Below, one piece after another: positions 1 to 10,094 of a stretch of DNA of 64,000 nucleotides. The stretch spans positions 288,001-352,000 of the forward strand of contig JBPOGF010000001.1 in NCBI GenBank assembly GCA_051251915.1, given 5' to 3'. Positions within the stretch are counted from its first letter, which is position 1, and each line of letters opens with the position of its first letter. This stretch comes from Akkermansiaceae bacterium (GTDB lineage: Bacteria; Verrucomicrobiota; Verrucomicrobiia; Verrucomicrobiales; Akkermansiaceae). A model generated the notes under the pieces. That model searched no databases. It was not told where the DNA came from and saw only the letters and a list, made by a program, of their open reading frames with translations. The translations under genes were made by a program, and so were the position numbers.

Positions 1-2410
1 GGACGCGGCCAGCGGTCATGGATTTCTCTGCGTCATTTTCTGCTTGTTCTTGGGTGAGTGATGGGTCTTTGGCGATGAGTTCGGCGGCGATTTCTTTGAC
101 TTTGATGGCTTTTTCTGCGGCCATGAAGGGTTCAAGATAGGCTACGGATTTTTTCATGACGCGGGCGGATTTGACGACTTGGGGGAGGAACATTTTTCCT
201 GCGCCGAAGAGGTCTCCGACGATGCCCATGCCGTCCATGAGTGGGCCTTCGATGACTTTGAGGGGGATTTTGTATTGCTCTAGGGCTTCTGTGGTGTCTT
301 CGACGATGAAGGTGTCTATGCCACGGAGGAGTGCGTGCTCTAGGCGTTTTTCAACGGTTTGTTTACGCCATTCTAGGTCTTCTTTTTGGTGTTCTTTTTT
401 GATGCCTTTGAATTGCTCTGCGAAGTCTAACAGGCGCTCGGTTGCGTCTGGGTCGGTGTTGAGGAGGACGTCTTCGACGTGTTTGAGCATGTCTGGTTTG
501 ACCTCGTCGTAGACTTCTAACATTCCGGCGTTGACGATGCCCATGTCCATTCCGGCTTGGCCTGCGTGGTAGAGGAAGGCTGCGTGCATGGCTTCACGGA
601 CGGGGTTGTTGCCACGGAATGAGAATGAGACGTTGGAGACTCCGCCGGAGATTTTGGCTCCTGGGAGGTTTTCTTTGATCCATTTGGTGGCTTGGAAGAA
701 GTCTACTGCGTAGTTGTTGTGTTCTTCGATTCCGGTGGCGACTGTTAGGATGTTGGGGTCGAAGATGATGTCTTGTGGGTTGAAGCCGACTTCGTTTACG
801 AGGATGTTGTAGGCGCGCTGGCAGATGTCGATTTTGTCTTGGTAGGTGGCGGCTTGGCCGTTTTCATCGAATGCCATGACGACTACGGCTGCGCCGTATT
901 TCATGATTTTGCGGGCGTATTCGCGGAAGAGGTCTTCACCTTCTTTGAGTGAGATGGAGTTTACGATTCCTTTTCCTTGGAGGCATTTGAGTCCTGCTTC
1001 GATGATTTCCCATTTTGAGGAGTCAACGGTGATGGGGACTTTGGTGATGTCTGGCTCTGATTGGACGAGGAGGAGGAACTTGGTCATCATTTCTACGCCG
1101 TCGATGAGGCCGTCATCGAAACAGATGTCGATGACTGGTGCGCCGTTTTCTACTTGTTGTCGGGCGACTGCGAGGGCGTCTTCTAGGCGCCCTTCTTTGA
1201 TCATTTTACGGAAGACTGGTGAGCCGGCGACGTTGGTGCGCTCGCCGATCATGAGGAAATTTTTGTCGGCGGTGTGGTTGTATGGCTCGGTGCCGGAGAG
1301 GCGCATGAGTGGCTCGATGACTGGGATCTTGCGTGGGGGTACGTTTTTGACTGCGCGGGCGATTTCTGCGATGTGTTCTGGGGTGTTTCCGCAGCAGCCG
1401 CCGGCAAAGTTGATGAAGCCTGAAGTGGCGAAGTCTTTGAGGCGCTCGTACATGTCGAGCGGTAGGAATGGGAAGCCGGTTTCTGAGAGGGCGTCTGGCA
1501 TTCCGGCGTTGGGGTAGCAGGAGACGAAGCATTCTGCGACCTTGGAGAGTTCTTCGATGAATGGGCGCATTTGCTCTGGGCCGAGTGAGCAGTTGAGGCC
1601 GATGGCGAGGGGCTTGGTGTGGGCGACGGCATTCCAGAATGCTTCTACTTTCTGGGCTGAGATCATGGTTTCTCCGCCGAGTCCGACTGCGGCTGAGATG
1701 ATGACTGGGAGATGGATGTTGTCTTCCTCGAAGATGTCTTGGATGGCGACGAGGGCGCATTTGGAGTTGAGGGCATCGAAGATGGTTTCGACCATGAGGA
1801 TGTCTACTCCGCCTTGGATGAGGGAGCGGATTTGGCGTTTGTAGTCTAGGTAGACTTGGTCCCAGGTGACGGTGCGGAAGCCGGGGTCATTTGGGTCTAC
1901 GGCGGCGTTGTTGAGGCCGACTGTCATGGGGCCGATGGCTCCCGCTGCGTAGCGTTTGATGCCGGTTTCTTTTTCTACTTCATCGCAGGCTTGTCGGGCG
2001 AGTTTGGCGGATTCGATGTTGAGTTCGTGGGCGAGGTCGATGAGGAATTGGTCTTCGATGACGCCTTGGTAGAAGTCTGGGTCTTTGCGGCCGCCGTCGC
2101 CTTTTTCGCGTGGATCTTCGACGAAGAATTCTGACTGGGCGATGGAGGTGCCGGAGAATGAGTTGGTCTCGATGATGTCTGAGCCAGCTTTTAAGAAACG
2201 TTTATGGATGTCTAGGATGACGTCTGGGCGGGTGATGGAGAGGATGTCGCCGTTGTTGAGGATGTCTTTTTCGTTGTCTTTGAATCGGTCGCCGCGAGCG
2301 TCTTCTTCTGTGAGTCCGTAGCCTCTGATGGTGGTACCCATGGCTCCGTCTAGGCAGAGGATGCGGGTTTCAAGTAGGGCTGTGAGTTCTGCGGTGGCGT
2401 CTGGTTGCAT
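1..2410 (-). CDS. metH: Cobalamin-dependent methionine synthase (5' part; runs off the left edge)
   Basis: Not in the ORF track because it has no stop in the window. Hand translation from ATG at 2410 gives [30 protein letters not shown]...[11 protein letters not shown]. The same frame contains the MetH motifs [20 protein letters not shown] and [13 protein letters not shown]. Confidence 0.93.
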   Translation of the reverse strand, partial: MQPDATAELTALLETRILCLDGAMGTTIRGYGLTEEDARGDRFKDNEKDILNNGDILSITRPDVILDIHKRFLKAGSDIIETNSFSGTSIAQSEFFVEDPREKGDGGRKDPDFYQGVIEDQFLIDLAHELNIESAKLARQACDEVEKETGIKRYAAGAIGPMTVGLNNAAVDPNDPGFRTVTWDQVYLDYKRQIRSLIQGGVDILMVETIFDALNSKCALVAIQDIFEEDNIHLPVIISAAVGLGGETMISAQKVEAFWNAVAHTKPLAIGLNCSLGPEQMRPFIEELSKVAECFVSCYPNAGMPDALSETGFPFLPLDMYERLKDFATSGFINFAGGCCGNTPEHIAEIARAVKNVPPRKIPVIEPLMRLSGTEPYNHTADKNFLMIGERTNVAGSPVFRKMIKEGRLEDALAVARQQVENGAPVIDICFDDGLIDGVEMMTKFLLLVQSEPDITKVPITVDSSKWEIIEAGLKCLQGKGIVNSISLKEGEDLFREYARKIMKYGAAVVVMAFDENGQAATYQDKIDICQRAYNILVNEVGFNPQDIIFDPNILTVATGIEEHNNYAVDFFQATKWIKENLPGAKISGGVSNVSFSFRGNNPVREAMHAAFLYHAGQAGMDMGIVNAGMLEVYDEVKPDMLKHVEDVLLNTDPDATERLLDFAEQFKGIKKEHQKEDLEWRKQTVEKRLEHALLRGIDTFIVEDTTEALEQYKIPLKVIEGPLMDGMGIVGDLFGAGKMFLPQVVKSARVMKKSVAYLEPFMAAEKAIKVKEIAAELIAKDPSLTQEQAENDAEKSMTAGRV

Positions 2411-2451
2411 AGTGGTGATATTTAGACCACGAATGCGAAGAAATCAAGACT

Positions 2452-3672
2452 TCATATCGTCATATCTTGATTCGTTGATTTGTCTGGGAGGAGGAGGTTT
2501 CCTAGTGCTGCGGCGAGGGCTAGGAGGGTGGAGGTGATGAGGCAAGCGGTGAGGCCGCCGAAAAGGTAGGCGAGGCCTGAGAGTAGGGTTCCGATGAGTC
2601 TGCCGCAGGCGTTGGCCATATAGTAGAAGCCGACGTTGAGGGCGACTTCTTCTGTCTTGGTGTAGGCGAGAATGAGGTAGGAGTGAATGGAGGAGTTGAC
2701 GGCGAAGATGAGGCCGAAGATGCCGAGTCCGATGAGGAGTGAGGTGGTGGGGTGGAAGTTCCAGTGGATGGAGGCGGTGAGTGCTGCGCAAATTCCGACG
2801 AGGAGGAATGCCCAGGTTTTGAGGCTGGAGACAGCTTGTTTAAGACCGGCTTTGGCGCCACTGATGCGTGGGGCGGAGGCTTGGACGATGCCGTAGCCGA
2901 TGACCCAGGTGGCCATGAAGCCGCCGACTTGGGAGAATGTCCAGTTGAGTTGATCATGTAGGAAGATGGGGAGGCCTACGACGAACCAGACGTCTCGTGA
3001 GGCGAAGAGTGCTGCTCTGGCGATGGAGAGGCGGTTGATGGCGGAGCTTTTGGAGAAGAGTTGTGAGAACTTGACCTTGGTCTTCATTTTCCCGAAGTCT
3101 CCGCGGACGGTGCAGAGGGAGAGGATGAGGGCGAGAGCTGTGAGGCCTGCTAGGATATAGAGTGCGGGGTCGAATCCGATGGATGCGAGGAGGAATGCGC
3201 CGAGGAAGAAGCCGATGCCTTTGATGGCATTTTTAGATCCCGTGAGGATGGCGACTAGTTTGAATAGGCCGGATTCGTTGTCTTCGCTGACGAGGAGCTT
3301 GACGGAGCTTTTGGAGCTCATTTTGGTGAGGTCCTTGGCGACTCCTGAGAGGGCTTGGACTGCCATGACGAAGATGACTGATGCTAGGATGGTCCAGCTT
3401 TCTTGGAAGAGGGTGAGGCCGAGGAGGGCGGCGATTTGGAATCCTAAGCCGAAGAAGAGGGTGGATTTTAGTCCGAAGCGTGAGCCCATCCAGCCGCCGA
3501 AGAGGTTGGTGGCGATGCCTGCTACTTCGTAGAGGAGGAAGAGGAAGGCGAGTTTGTCTGGGGTGAATCCTAGTTCATGAAAGTGGAGGAGCACTAGCAT
3601 GCGTAGTGCGCCGTCGGTGAGCATGAAGACCCAGTAGGAGAGTGTTACTGAGATGTAGGATTTGGTGGTCAT
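2452..3672 (-). CDS. arsJ: Organoarsenical efflux MFS transporter ArsJ
   Basis: 406-aa multi-TM protein with ArsJ-typical segments (LTDGALRMLVLLHFH, SGVAKDLTKMSSKS, LTGSKNAIKG, RDVWFVVGLP, VGFYYMANA). It lies directly downstream of a GAPDH gene. Confidence 0.88.
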   Translation of the reverse strand: MTTKSYISVTLSYWVFMLTDGALRMLVLLHFHELGFTPDKLAFLFLLYEVAGIATNLFGGWMGSRFGLKSTLFFGLGFQIAALLGLTLFQESWTILASVIFVMAVQALSGVAKDLTKMSSKSSVKLLVSEDNESGLFKLVAILTGSKNAIKGIGFFLGAFLLASIGFDPALYILAGLTALALILSLCTVRGDFGKMKTKVKFSQLFSKSSAINRLSIARAALFASRDVWFVVGLPIFLHDQLNWTFSQVGGFMATWVIGYGIVQASAPRISGAKAGLKQAVSSLKTWAFLLVGICAALTASIHWNFHPTTSLLIGLGIFGLIFAVNSSIHSYLILAYTKTEEVALNVGFYYMANACGRLIGTLLSGLAYLFGGLTACLITSTLLALAAALGNLLLPDKSTNQDMTI

Positions 3673-3680
3673 GGGGTTGG

Positions 3681-3708
3681 TTAGCGGTGATCAGTAAGCG
3701 GTGATCGG
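3681..3708. repeat. Degenerate heptamer tandem repeat (ttagcgg tgatcag taagcgg tgatcgg)
   Basis: Four 7-nt units read directly in the gap-arsJ intergenic space. Confidence 0.6.
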
Positions 3709-3741
3709 GGCTAGGGTTGTGGTGGCTTGGGTAGATGAAAA

Positions 3742-3774
3742 TTTTTTACCGCGAAATACACTAAATACACGAAA
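3742..3774. repeat. 33-bp dispersed intergenic repeat, copy 1 (ttttttaccgcgaaatacactaaatacacgaaa)
   Basis: Identical to 18443-18475, with internal ~9-nt periodicity. Confidence 0.9.
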
Positions 3775-3800
3775 AATTGCTTGGGTTGATGGTGAAGTAG

Positions 3801-4802
3801 TTAGAGGGAATTTGCTACTTTTTGGGTGAGCTCCATCATGCGGGCGGCGTAGCCTACTTCGTTGTCGTACCAGACTAGGATTTTTAGGAGGTTGCCGTCG
3901 ATGACCATGGTTGATGGGGCGTCTATGATGCCGCTGCGGGTGTCGTTGGTGTAGTCTGCGGAGACGAGTGGTTTTTCTTCGTAGCCGAGGATGCCTTTGA
4001 GATCTCCTTCTGCGGCGGATTTGAGGAGGGCGTTGACTTCTTCTACGGTGGTGTCTCTTTCTAGCTCGAATACGCAGTCTGTTAGAGATGCGTTGAGGAG
4101 CGGGACGCGGACTGCGATGCCGTTGAGTTTCCCTTTTAGGTCAGGGTAGATCATGGTGATGGCTGTGGCTGATCCGGTGGATGTGGGGATGAGTGAGTTC
4201 ACTGCGGAGCGTGCGCGGCGGAGGTCTTTGTGTGGGGCGTCTACGATGACTTGGGTGTTGGTGAGGTCATGTAGGGTGGTGATGGAGCCGTGTTTGATGC
4301 CGAGGTTCTCGTGAATGATTTTGATAGGGGGGGCGATGCAGTTTGTGGTGCATGATGCGGCGGTGAGGATGCGGTGTGTGGCTGGATCATAGAGGTGATC
4401 ATTGCATCCCATGACGACGTTGAGCGCTCCGCCTTCTTTGACGGGGGCTGCGACGATGACTTTTTTGACGCCTTGGTCGAAATATAGGTTGAGTGCGGCT
4501 TGGGTGCGGAATGCTCCGGAGGATTCGATGACGATGTCACAGTTTGACCAGTCGACTGCGTCGATGGTGTTTTTGTGAGTGACTGTGATTTCTTGGCCGT
4601 CAACTGTGATGGAGTTTTCGGTGTGGGAGATGTCTCTTTTCCAGCGACCGTGAACGGTGTCAAATTCTAGTAAGTGAGCGGCTGTTTCTGCGTTTCCTTT
4701 GTGCTCGTTGATTTGGACGATTTGGTATTCAGGGTGATCAAACCCTTCTCTGAAACCAAGTCTGCCCATTCTGCCAAATCCGTTTATTCCTACTTTCAAC
4801 AT
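3801..4802 (-). CDS. gap: ArsJ-associated glyceraldehyde-3-phosphate dehydrogenase
   Basis: [13 protein letters not shown]-binding motif, ASCTTNC active site and WYDNE motif; adjacent to arsJ. Confidence 0.92.
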   Translation of the reverse strand: MLKVGINGFGRMGRLGFREGFDHPEYQIVQINEHKGNAETAAHLLEFDTVHGRWKRDISHTENSITVDGQEITVTHKNTIDAVDWSNCDIVIESSGAFRTQAALNLYFDQGVKKVIVAAPVKEGGALNVVMGCNDHLYDPATHRILTAASCTTNCIAPPIKIIHENLGIKHGSITTLHDLTNTQVIVDAPHKDLRRARSAVNSLIPTSTGSATAITMIYPDLKGKLNGIAVRVPLLNASLTDCVFELERDTTVEEVNALLKSAAEGDLKGILGYEEKPLVSADYTNDTRSGIIDAPSTMVIDGNLLKILVWYDNEVGYAARMMELTQKVANSL

Positions 4803-4808
4803 GCGCGG

Positions 4809-4865
4809 AGACTAGCAAAAAAGTGGTTGGAGGCAAGAGTAAGGTGTGTGACAAGATTGTTACAA
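4809..4865 (-). promoter_or_regulatory. Putative gap-arsJ promoter with upstream operator-like repeat
   Basis: On the minus strand: TTGTAACAATCTTGTCACA (4865-4847), then TTGCCT (4836-4831), a 16-nt spacer, TAGTCT (4814-4809), 6 nt, ATG. Confidence 0.5.
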
Positions 4866-4913
4866 GTGGTGCAGCGCTTACCGACTATTTTAGTGTAGCG
4901 AGGGATAAAGCAC

Positions 4914-5426
4914 TTACATTTGCATCGCTATAGCGATCTCTTCTTCTGAGATGAAGAAGGGGTCTTGGCTGGCGAGGTCTAACATTTCGTAAGTGAACTC
5001 GTCTTCCTTAGCTGCTTCAGCTTCAGCGGCAACTATTTCTTCGTAGGCTGAAAGCTCTTCTAGAGAGATGTCCTCGATGAAGCTAGTGTCTACTGAGGCG
5101 AGTGAGTCCGCGTTGTTGTGCTCTGAAGTCATGGTGGTGACGATGAGGGCACAGACTGCTGTAGCGCCTAAAGTGAGTGCTACTTTGTTGAACTTAGGAG
5201 CAAAGATACGTTGCCAGAATGATACTGGTGCGTCTTGATGCTGAAGACGGATTTCACGCATGACATTTCTGGAGAACATGGGGCTGGCTTGTACTGGAGA
5301 AGATTCTTCAGTGTTGTCCAGCAGTGTCCACACTGCATCATTTTCCAGTTCGTTGAGTTGATCTTTATTAAGTTCAACTGAATTGAGTGGTGATTGATTT
5401 TGAATGTTGTTTGTGTCGTTTTTCAT
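4914..5426 (-). CDS. Hypothetical single-pass membrane protein (anti-sigma-like architecture)
   Basis: 170 aa with a central hydrophobic segment and acidic C-terminus; AGGAG Shine-Dalgarno-like site upstream. Confidence 0.6.
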   Translation of the reverse strand: MKNDTNNIQNQSPLNSVELNKDQLNELENDAVWTLLDNTEESSPVQASPMFSRNVMREIRLQHQDAPVSFWQRIFAPKFNKVALTLGATAVCALIVTTMTSEHNNADSLASVDTSFIEDISLEELSAYEEIVAAEAEAAKEDEFTYEMLDLASQDPFFISEEEIAIAMQM

Positions 5427-5503
5427 TTTTTTTATGCTCCTGACATGTGTAGTAACCGCTCATATTAGGGAAAGTTGCAAGAAAGTTACGCAGTTATTTC
5501 ACT

Positions 5504-6526
5504 TTATTTACGGGTGACAGTGTAACCCTGCTTGCGGAGGAGATCTACGATGGTGTGCTCTCCGAGGTAGTGGAGGGCACCGGCTACGATGAAGTGTGAC
5601 TGATCTGGTGATTCTTTGAAGGTTTTGAGGATGTTTGCTGTCATTCTGTCGTTGCGTTTATTGAGGAGAAGTTTGCCAAATTTCTCGGCGACTTTTTGGT
5701 TGGTGCCTTCAATCGTTCCGAGGAGGGTCATGAGGGAGACTAATTGATCAGCATCGCCTTTGAGGTAGAGGTTCTTGATGAGCGACATGGAGTTGATCTT
5801 TTCTTTTTTGAGTATTTTTGCGGCAAAGAGTGAGTCTTTGAGGAGGGTATTCTGGTCGTCTTCTGTGAGTTGATCAAAGGTGCCTAGTTGTTCTTTCATG
5901 GTTTCAAGTGCCCAGCGTTTTTTCTCGTCGTTACTGGCTCTTTCCCAGAGTTGGAGGTCGAGGGCTGTGCCGCCTTTCATTTGTTCTTCGACCATGGCGT
6001 GAATGAGCATGACTGCCCAGGTTTTCATGTTGCTGAATGGGGCGGCGGAGAGTGATGGATGGACTTCTTTTAACTGGGCGTCTAGTTCGTTGTAGAGTTC
6101 TAGGCCGATGGATTCGACGAGGGATTTATTGTCATCGCGCATCATCATTTTAGTAGCTCTAAGCTGATTGATGATGCCCATGTCGATTTCTGTGGCTAGG
6201 GTGTCAGCTTGTTTATACGCGGTTTCGGCATCTGGGTGGAGGGTTGTGATGTTTTCATCCGAAACGTGGATACTGCCGAAGAGGTAGCTGGACTTTTTGA
6301 GGCCATTTCCTTCGACTGACCAGAGCATTGGTTTCTTGGGATGCTTGAGATCAGAGAGATCCTCATTGGCTATCTTGCTGGCCTTCTTAAGGGCTTGAGC
6401 TTGAGTAAGAGCCTGGGCTTGTAGTTGGGCTGGCTTCTCTGCCATTTCTTTAGCTGAGGAGAAGCTGAGACAGCCTAGAGAGAGGAAGATGGCGTGAGAG
6501 AAGATGACGACGTTACGTTTAAGCAT
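5504..6526 (-). CDS. TraB/GumN family protein
   Basis: Signal peptide; motifs LWSV..SYLFGSIH, LETMKEQ, RNDRM and GALH. Confidence 0.85.
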   Translation of the reverse strand: MLKRNVVIFSHAIFLSLGCLSFSSAKEMAEKPAQLQAQALTQAQALKKASKIANEDLSDLKHPKKPMLWSVEGNGLKKSSYLFGSIHVSDENITTLHPDAETAYKQADTLATEIDMGIINQLRATKMMMRDDNKSLVESIGLELYNELDAQLKEVHPSLSAAPFSNMKTWAVMLIHAMVEEQMKGGTALDLQLWERASNDEKKRWALETMKEQLGTFDQLTEDDQNTLLKDSLFAAKILKKEKINSMSLIKNLYLKGDADQLVSLMTLLGTIEGTNQKVAEKFGKLLLNKRNDRMTANILKTFKESPDQSHFIVAGALHYLGEHTIVDLLRKQGYTVTRK

Positions 6527-6635
6527 GAACGTAAACTAAATAGAAAACTTAGCTGTGACAATTAGTTTTTAGACCTGAAGTTGTGGTTTTTTGAGGGGGG
6601 AGGAGTTGGGAGGGGTGGTTGAATGATTATTGGGG

Positions 6636-7646
6636 TTAGCTTTCCCAGTTTGAGACTTTGTCTGCCATCCACTGAATCCAGAGTGGGTGGGTGTTTAGGC
6701 AGGGGATGAGTTCTAGATCTTCTCCGCCGTGTAAGATGAAGTCTTCTTTGCCGCGCATGGCGATTTCTTCGAGGGTTTCGAGGCAGTCTGAGATGAAGGC
6801 TGGGCAGATGACTTTGATCTTTTTGACTCCGGATTTAGCGAGTCTTTCGAGCTCGTGGTCGGTGTATGGTCCTAGCCATGGGGCCTTGAGGAGGCGGGAC
6901 TGGAATGAAATGGTGACGTCTTTTTCATCGATCCCTCCGTAAGCCATGAGTTCTTTTGCGGTGCTTAGGCACTGGTGGCGGTAGCATGTGGCGTGGGCTG
7001 GGTGGCAGGTGTCACAGCAGTCTGGAGTGATGAGGCAGTGGGCGTGTGAGGGATCGCTTTTCTGGACGTGGCGCTCTGGGATGCCGTGGAATGACATCAT
7101 GAGGTGGCTGTCGGAGCCTTCGTAGTGAGGGCGGATGGATTCCCAGAGTGCGTGGATGTATTTGGGGTCGTTGTAGAATGGCTGAACGAGTTTTGTCTTG
7201 ATGTTGGGGGCTTGTGACGCGAGTTCTTCCATGGTCTTGACGACAGCTGACTCGTAGCTGGACATGGCGTAGTGTGGGTAGAGAGGGATGATGAGTAGCT
7301 CGGTGATACCGGCTTTTTTGACCTCTGCGACGACGTCTGCTGTGGAAGGGTTACCGTAGCGCATGCCGAGGAAGATGGGGATCTCAGATTTCTCTTGGAG
7401 GAGTTTCTGCTGCGCTATGCTGGTGACGATAAGTGGGGAGCCTTCATCGGTCCAGACTTCTGAGTAGGCTTCAGCGCTTTCTGCTGGGCGCTTAGGGAGG
7501 ATGAAGAGTTTGAGGATGAGCTTTCGCTTCCATGCTGCCATGTCGAGCACGCGTTCATCGCTTAAGAATTCGTCGAGGTAAGTTCTCACGTCTGCCACTT
7601 CTGTGGAGTCTGGTGAGCCGAGATTGAGTAGTAGTGCGCCTTTCAT
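6636..7646 (-). CDS. hemH: Ferrochelatase
   Basis: Motifs LLLNLGSP, MRYGNP, PLYPHYA, SFHGIP, FQSR..WLGP and FISDCLETLEEI. Confidence 0.96.
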   Translation of the reverse strand: MKGALLLNLGSPDSTEVADVRTYLDEFLSDERVLDMAAWKRKLILKLFILPKRPAESAEAYSEVWTDEGSPLIVTSIAQQKLLQEKSEIPIFLGMRYGNPSTADVVAEVKKAGITELLIIPLYPHYAMSSYESAVVKTMEELASQAPNIKTKLVQPFYNDPKYIHALWESIRPHYEGSDSHLMMSFHGIPERHVQKSDPSHAHCLITPDCCDTCHPAHATCYRHQCLSTAKELMAYGGIDEKDVTISFQSRLLKAPWLGPYTDHELERLAKSGVKKIKVICPAFISDCLETLEEIAMRGKEDFILHGGEDLELIPCLNTHPLWIQWMADKVSNWES

Positions 7647-7892
7647 ATTGGTTCGTTGTTTCTGCTGAAATTGTATGTGTCTAATGAAGCATGTTTTTTC
7701 AGAAACTACAGAAAGTTTTCATATAAAATGTTCCTTGTGGGATCTGGAGCATATTTTAGTGATGTTGGTAATTTTGGATTTTGATTCGAATGAATACTTA
7801 AGATGACGGTATTGATTTATAGGTTGATCTAGTTAGATTTGGTGTTTAGTCTATCAATTGGTATGTATTAGGACATTAACGTTTGTGAATTC

Positions 7893-8918
7893 ATGGGTGA
7901 TATAAAGATAGATAAGTTAAAAGCGGAGCTGCTGGCGGAAGAGTTCCCGCATTTACAGATTCAATATTTAATCAGTAAGGGTGAGACGGGGGAGATGTAT
8001 TGTGCGATTCAGTCTAAAACAGGACGGGATGTAGCACTGAAGGTATTACCTATTGAGTATAATGATGATGAGGATAGGAAGAGGAGGTTTCAGCGTGAGG
8101 CTCAGGCGCTATCGCAGCTATCACATCCTAACTTGGTGAAGCTTTATGATTACGGTGAGAATGAGTATTTTTCGTGGATGATTCTGGAGTGGATTGAGGG
8201 GAGGTCACTTTATAAAGTGAATATACAAAATGGGTTACAGGTGAATGATGCGCTGGCATTGGTTTGTAAAGTCTGCGCAGTGCTATCCCATGCTCATGAT
8301 CATGGGATAGTGCATCGTGATGTGAAGCCGGCACATATCTTGATTAATGAGAATGGGGAGGTGAAGCTAAGTAATTTCGGTTTATCTCGTGAGACTATGG
8401 GAGCCTCAAACAGCTTGGTGAGTGCCTCTGGTGATAAGTTTGGAACGGCTGAGTATTCTGCACCTGAGTTCTGGGCGAATGGGGCGTTGATCGATCATCG
8501 TGCAGATATTTTCTCACTGGGGGTGTTGCTTTATGAGGTTCTGACTGGAGCGCGTCCGGCTGGGGTATTCAGGATGCCATCTGAGATTAAGCCTGATTTG
8601 GATCCTAGGTTGGATGAGGTGATCGTGAGGGCGATGCAGGAATTACCTGATCATAGGTTCCAAAGTTGTGAGGCATTCATGGAGGCAATCCAAGATGTGA
8701 TCGATGTGCCTTATGAGGAGAAGAGGTTTGCGATGGAGCCTACGGCTCAAGCTGAAGAGGAGGGGGAGGTAACTGTCTCCCACGTATTTGATGCTGCTGA
8801 TGATGAGGAGTCAGCTCCTGAGGAGGATAAAAAGGAACGTTTGCTATTGGTGGATATAGCAATGATCGTCTTGGTGGTGGTGCTATTGATCTTGTTGGTG
8901 GTTAAGATGACTAGCTAA
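7893..8918 (+). CDS. Ser/Thr protein kinase-like protein with C-terminal TM anchor (probable pseudokinase)
   Basis: VALK, HRDVKP and APE motifs are present, but the catalytic-loop Asn is His and DFG reads NFG. Confidence 0.85.
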   Translation: MGDIKIDKLKAELLAEEFPHLQIQYLISKGETGEMYCAIQSKTGRDVALKVLPIEYNDDEDRKRRFQREAQALSQLSHPNLVKLYDYGENEYFSWMILEWIEGRSLYKVNIQNGLQVNDALALVCKVCAVLSHAHDHGIVHRDVKPAHILINENGEVKLSNFGLSRETMGASNSLVSASGDKFGTAEYSAPEFWANGALIDHRADIFSLGVLLYEVLTGARPAGVFRMPSEIKPDLDPRLDEVIVRAMQELPDHRFQSCEAFMEAIQDVIDVPYEEKRFAMEPTAQAEEEGEVTVSHVFDAADDEESAPEEDKKERLLLVDIAMIVLVVVLLILLVVKMTS

Positions 8919-8935
8919 TGTTAGACGTAGATTAG

Positions 8936-10015
8936 TTAGAACAGATCGAGGTCTTCTGCACTTGGAGTGTTGGTTTGGAGCATTTCTGGGGTGATGTGAG
9001 CGAGTGGTTTGACGAGATTTGCGGGGAGTGGGAATTGTTTTTCTAAGATGTCTGGAGCTAGCTCGGGGGCGGTTTGGTAGGCTTGCTTCATCATTTCGAA
9101 TTTGGCGTCGATGTTATCGATATGATGTAAGATCTGAGCTTCTGGTGTGCGCGGGAGTGTGGGGGAGCCGAACTCGTAGGTTCCGTGGTGGGAGGCGATG
9201 AGGTGTAGGAGATGGATTCTGACGTCTTCGTTGCTGGGGGTAAGTTTTTGCCAGGCTTCTGAGGTTTCGACGCATTGGGTGATCATTTGGTCCCAGAGTT
9301 TATCCGCTAGGCTGATTCCGAGTGGGATGTGGCCTAACATTTCTCCTTGGATGTCGTATGGCTGGGTGAATCCTCGCTCGGGGTAGGAGTTTTCCCAGAG
9401 TTTGCCTGAGTCATGGAAGAGGACGCCGGCGATGAGTAGGTCTTGATTGAGTTCTGGGTAGACTCCGGAGAGAGCTACGGCTGAGCGCATCATTTGGGCG
9501 ACGTGTTCGAGCATTCCGCCACGGCGGGCGTGGTGGTTCTTGCGGGCGGCAGCGGTGCGGCGGAATTTGTCTCCATGTTGGTCTATAAACATGGCGCAGA
9601 GTTGGTTGAGCCTTGGGTCGTTGATACTGGAGGTAAGTTTTACGATGTCGTTCCAATCACGGGTCTGGATCTTGCTTGTGGCAGGATCACCGATGAGGAA
9701 GTTTTGGATTTCTCCTTCGTGGAGGAGTCGGAACTGCCAGCGGTTGGCATCGATTCCATATTGGTTTTGGATCCAGTCGCCTTCTAGTCTGATGAAGGAT
9801 TCTAGCTCGATGGACTGGATGGTGGAGAACTGTGGGAGGTTTTCCCAGATTTTGAGAGAGAACTGATCAATGGCATCAGTGAGGGTGATCTGGAGGTAAG
9901 GTTTGCCAGATTTAGTGGTCTTGGTGACGCATTTCTGTAGCTGGGTGTCAACGGTGGCAGTGGTGGGATCCTCGCCGGTGTTCTGCTTGAGTTGGGAGAT
10001 GGTGAAGTGCGGCAT
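8936..10015 (-). CDS. YhaM/Cbf1-like OB-fold + HD-domain nuclease (3'-5' exoribonuclease family)
   Basis: N-terminal OB-fold-like region (GKPYLQITLTD); motifs AAARKNHHA..GGMLEH, FHDSGK, ASHHG..EFGSP and PEA..LHHIDNIDAK. Confidence 0.85.
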   Translation of the reverse strand: MPHFTISQLKQNTGEDPTTATVDTQLQKCVTKTTKSGKPYLQITLTDAIDQFSLKIWENLPQFSTIQSIELESFIRLEGDWIQNQYGIDANRWQFRLLHEGEIQNFLIGDPATSKIQTRDWNDIVKLTSSINDPRLNQLCAMFIDQHGDKFRRTAAARKNHHARRGGMLEHVAQMMRSAVALSGVYPELNQDLLIAGVLFHDSGKLWENSYPERGFTQPYDIQGEMLGHIPLGISLADKLWDQMITQCVETSEAWQKLTPSNEDVRIHLLHLIASHHGTYEFGSPTLPRTPEAQILHHIDNIDAKFEMMKQAYQTAPELAPDILEKQFPLPANLVKPLAHITPEMLQTNTPSAEDLDLF

Positions 10016-10094
10016 GATGTAGAGATTGCTTAAGTCAATCTAGTTATTTAGCCTAGGGCTAGATGAATGGTAGGTTTTAGATAAGCTTATGGGC

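Noticed and set aside
156..2537. Many short ORFs on both strands in the ORF track
   Set aside because: They are shadows of metH, whose frame has no stop in the window; biased codon usage leaves alternative frames open.
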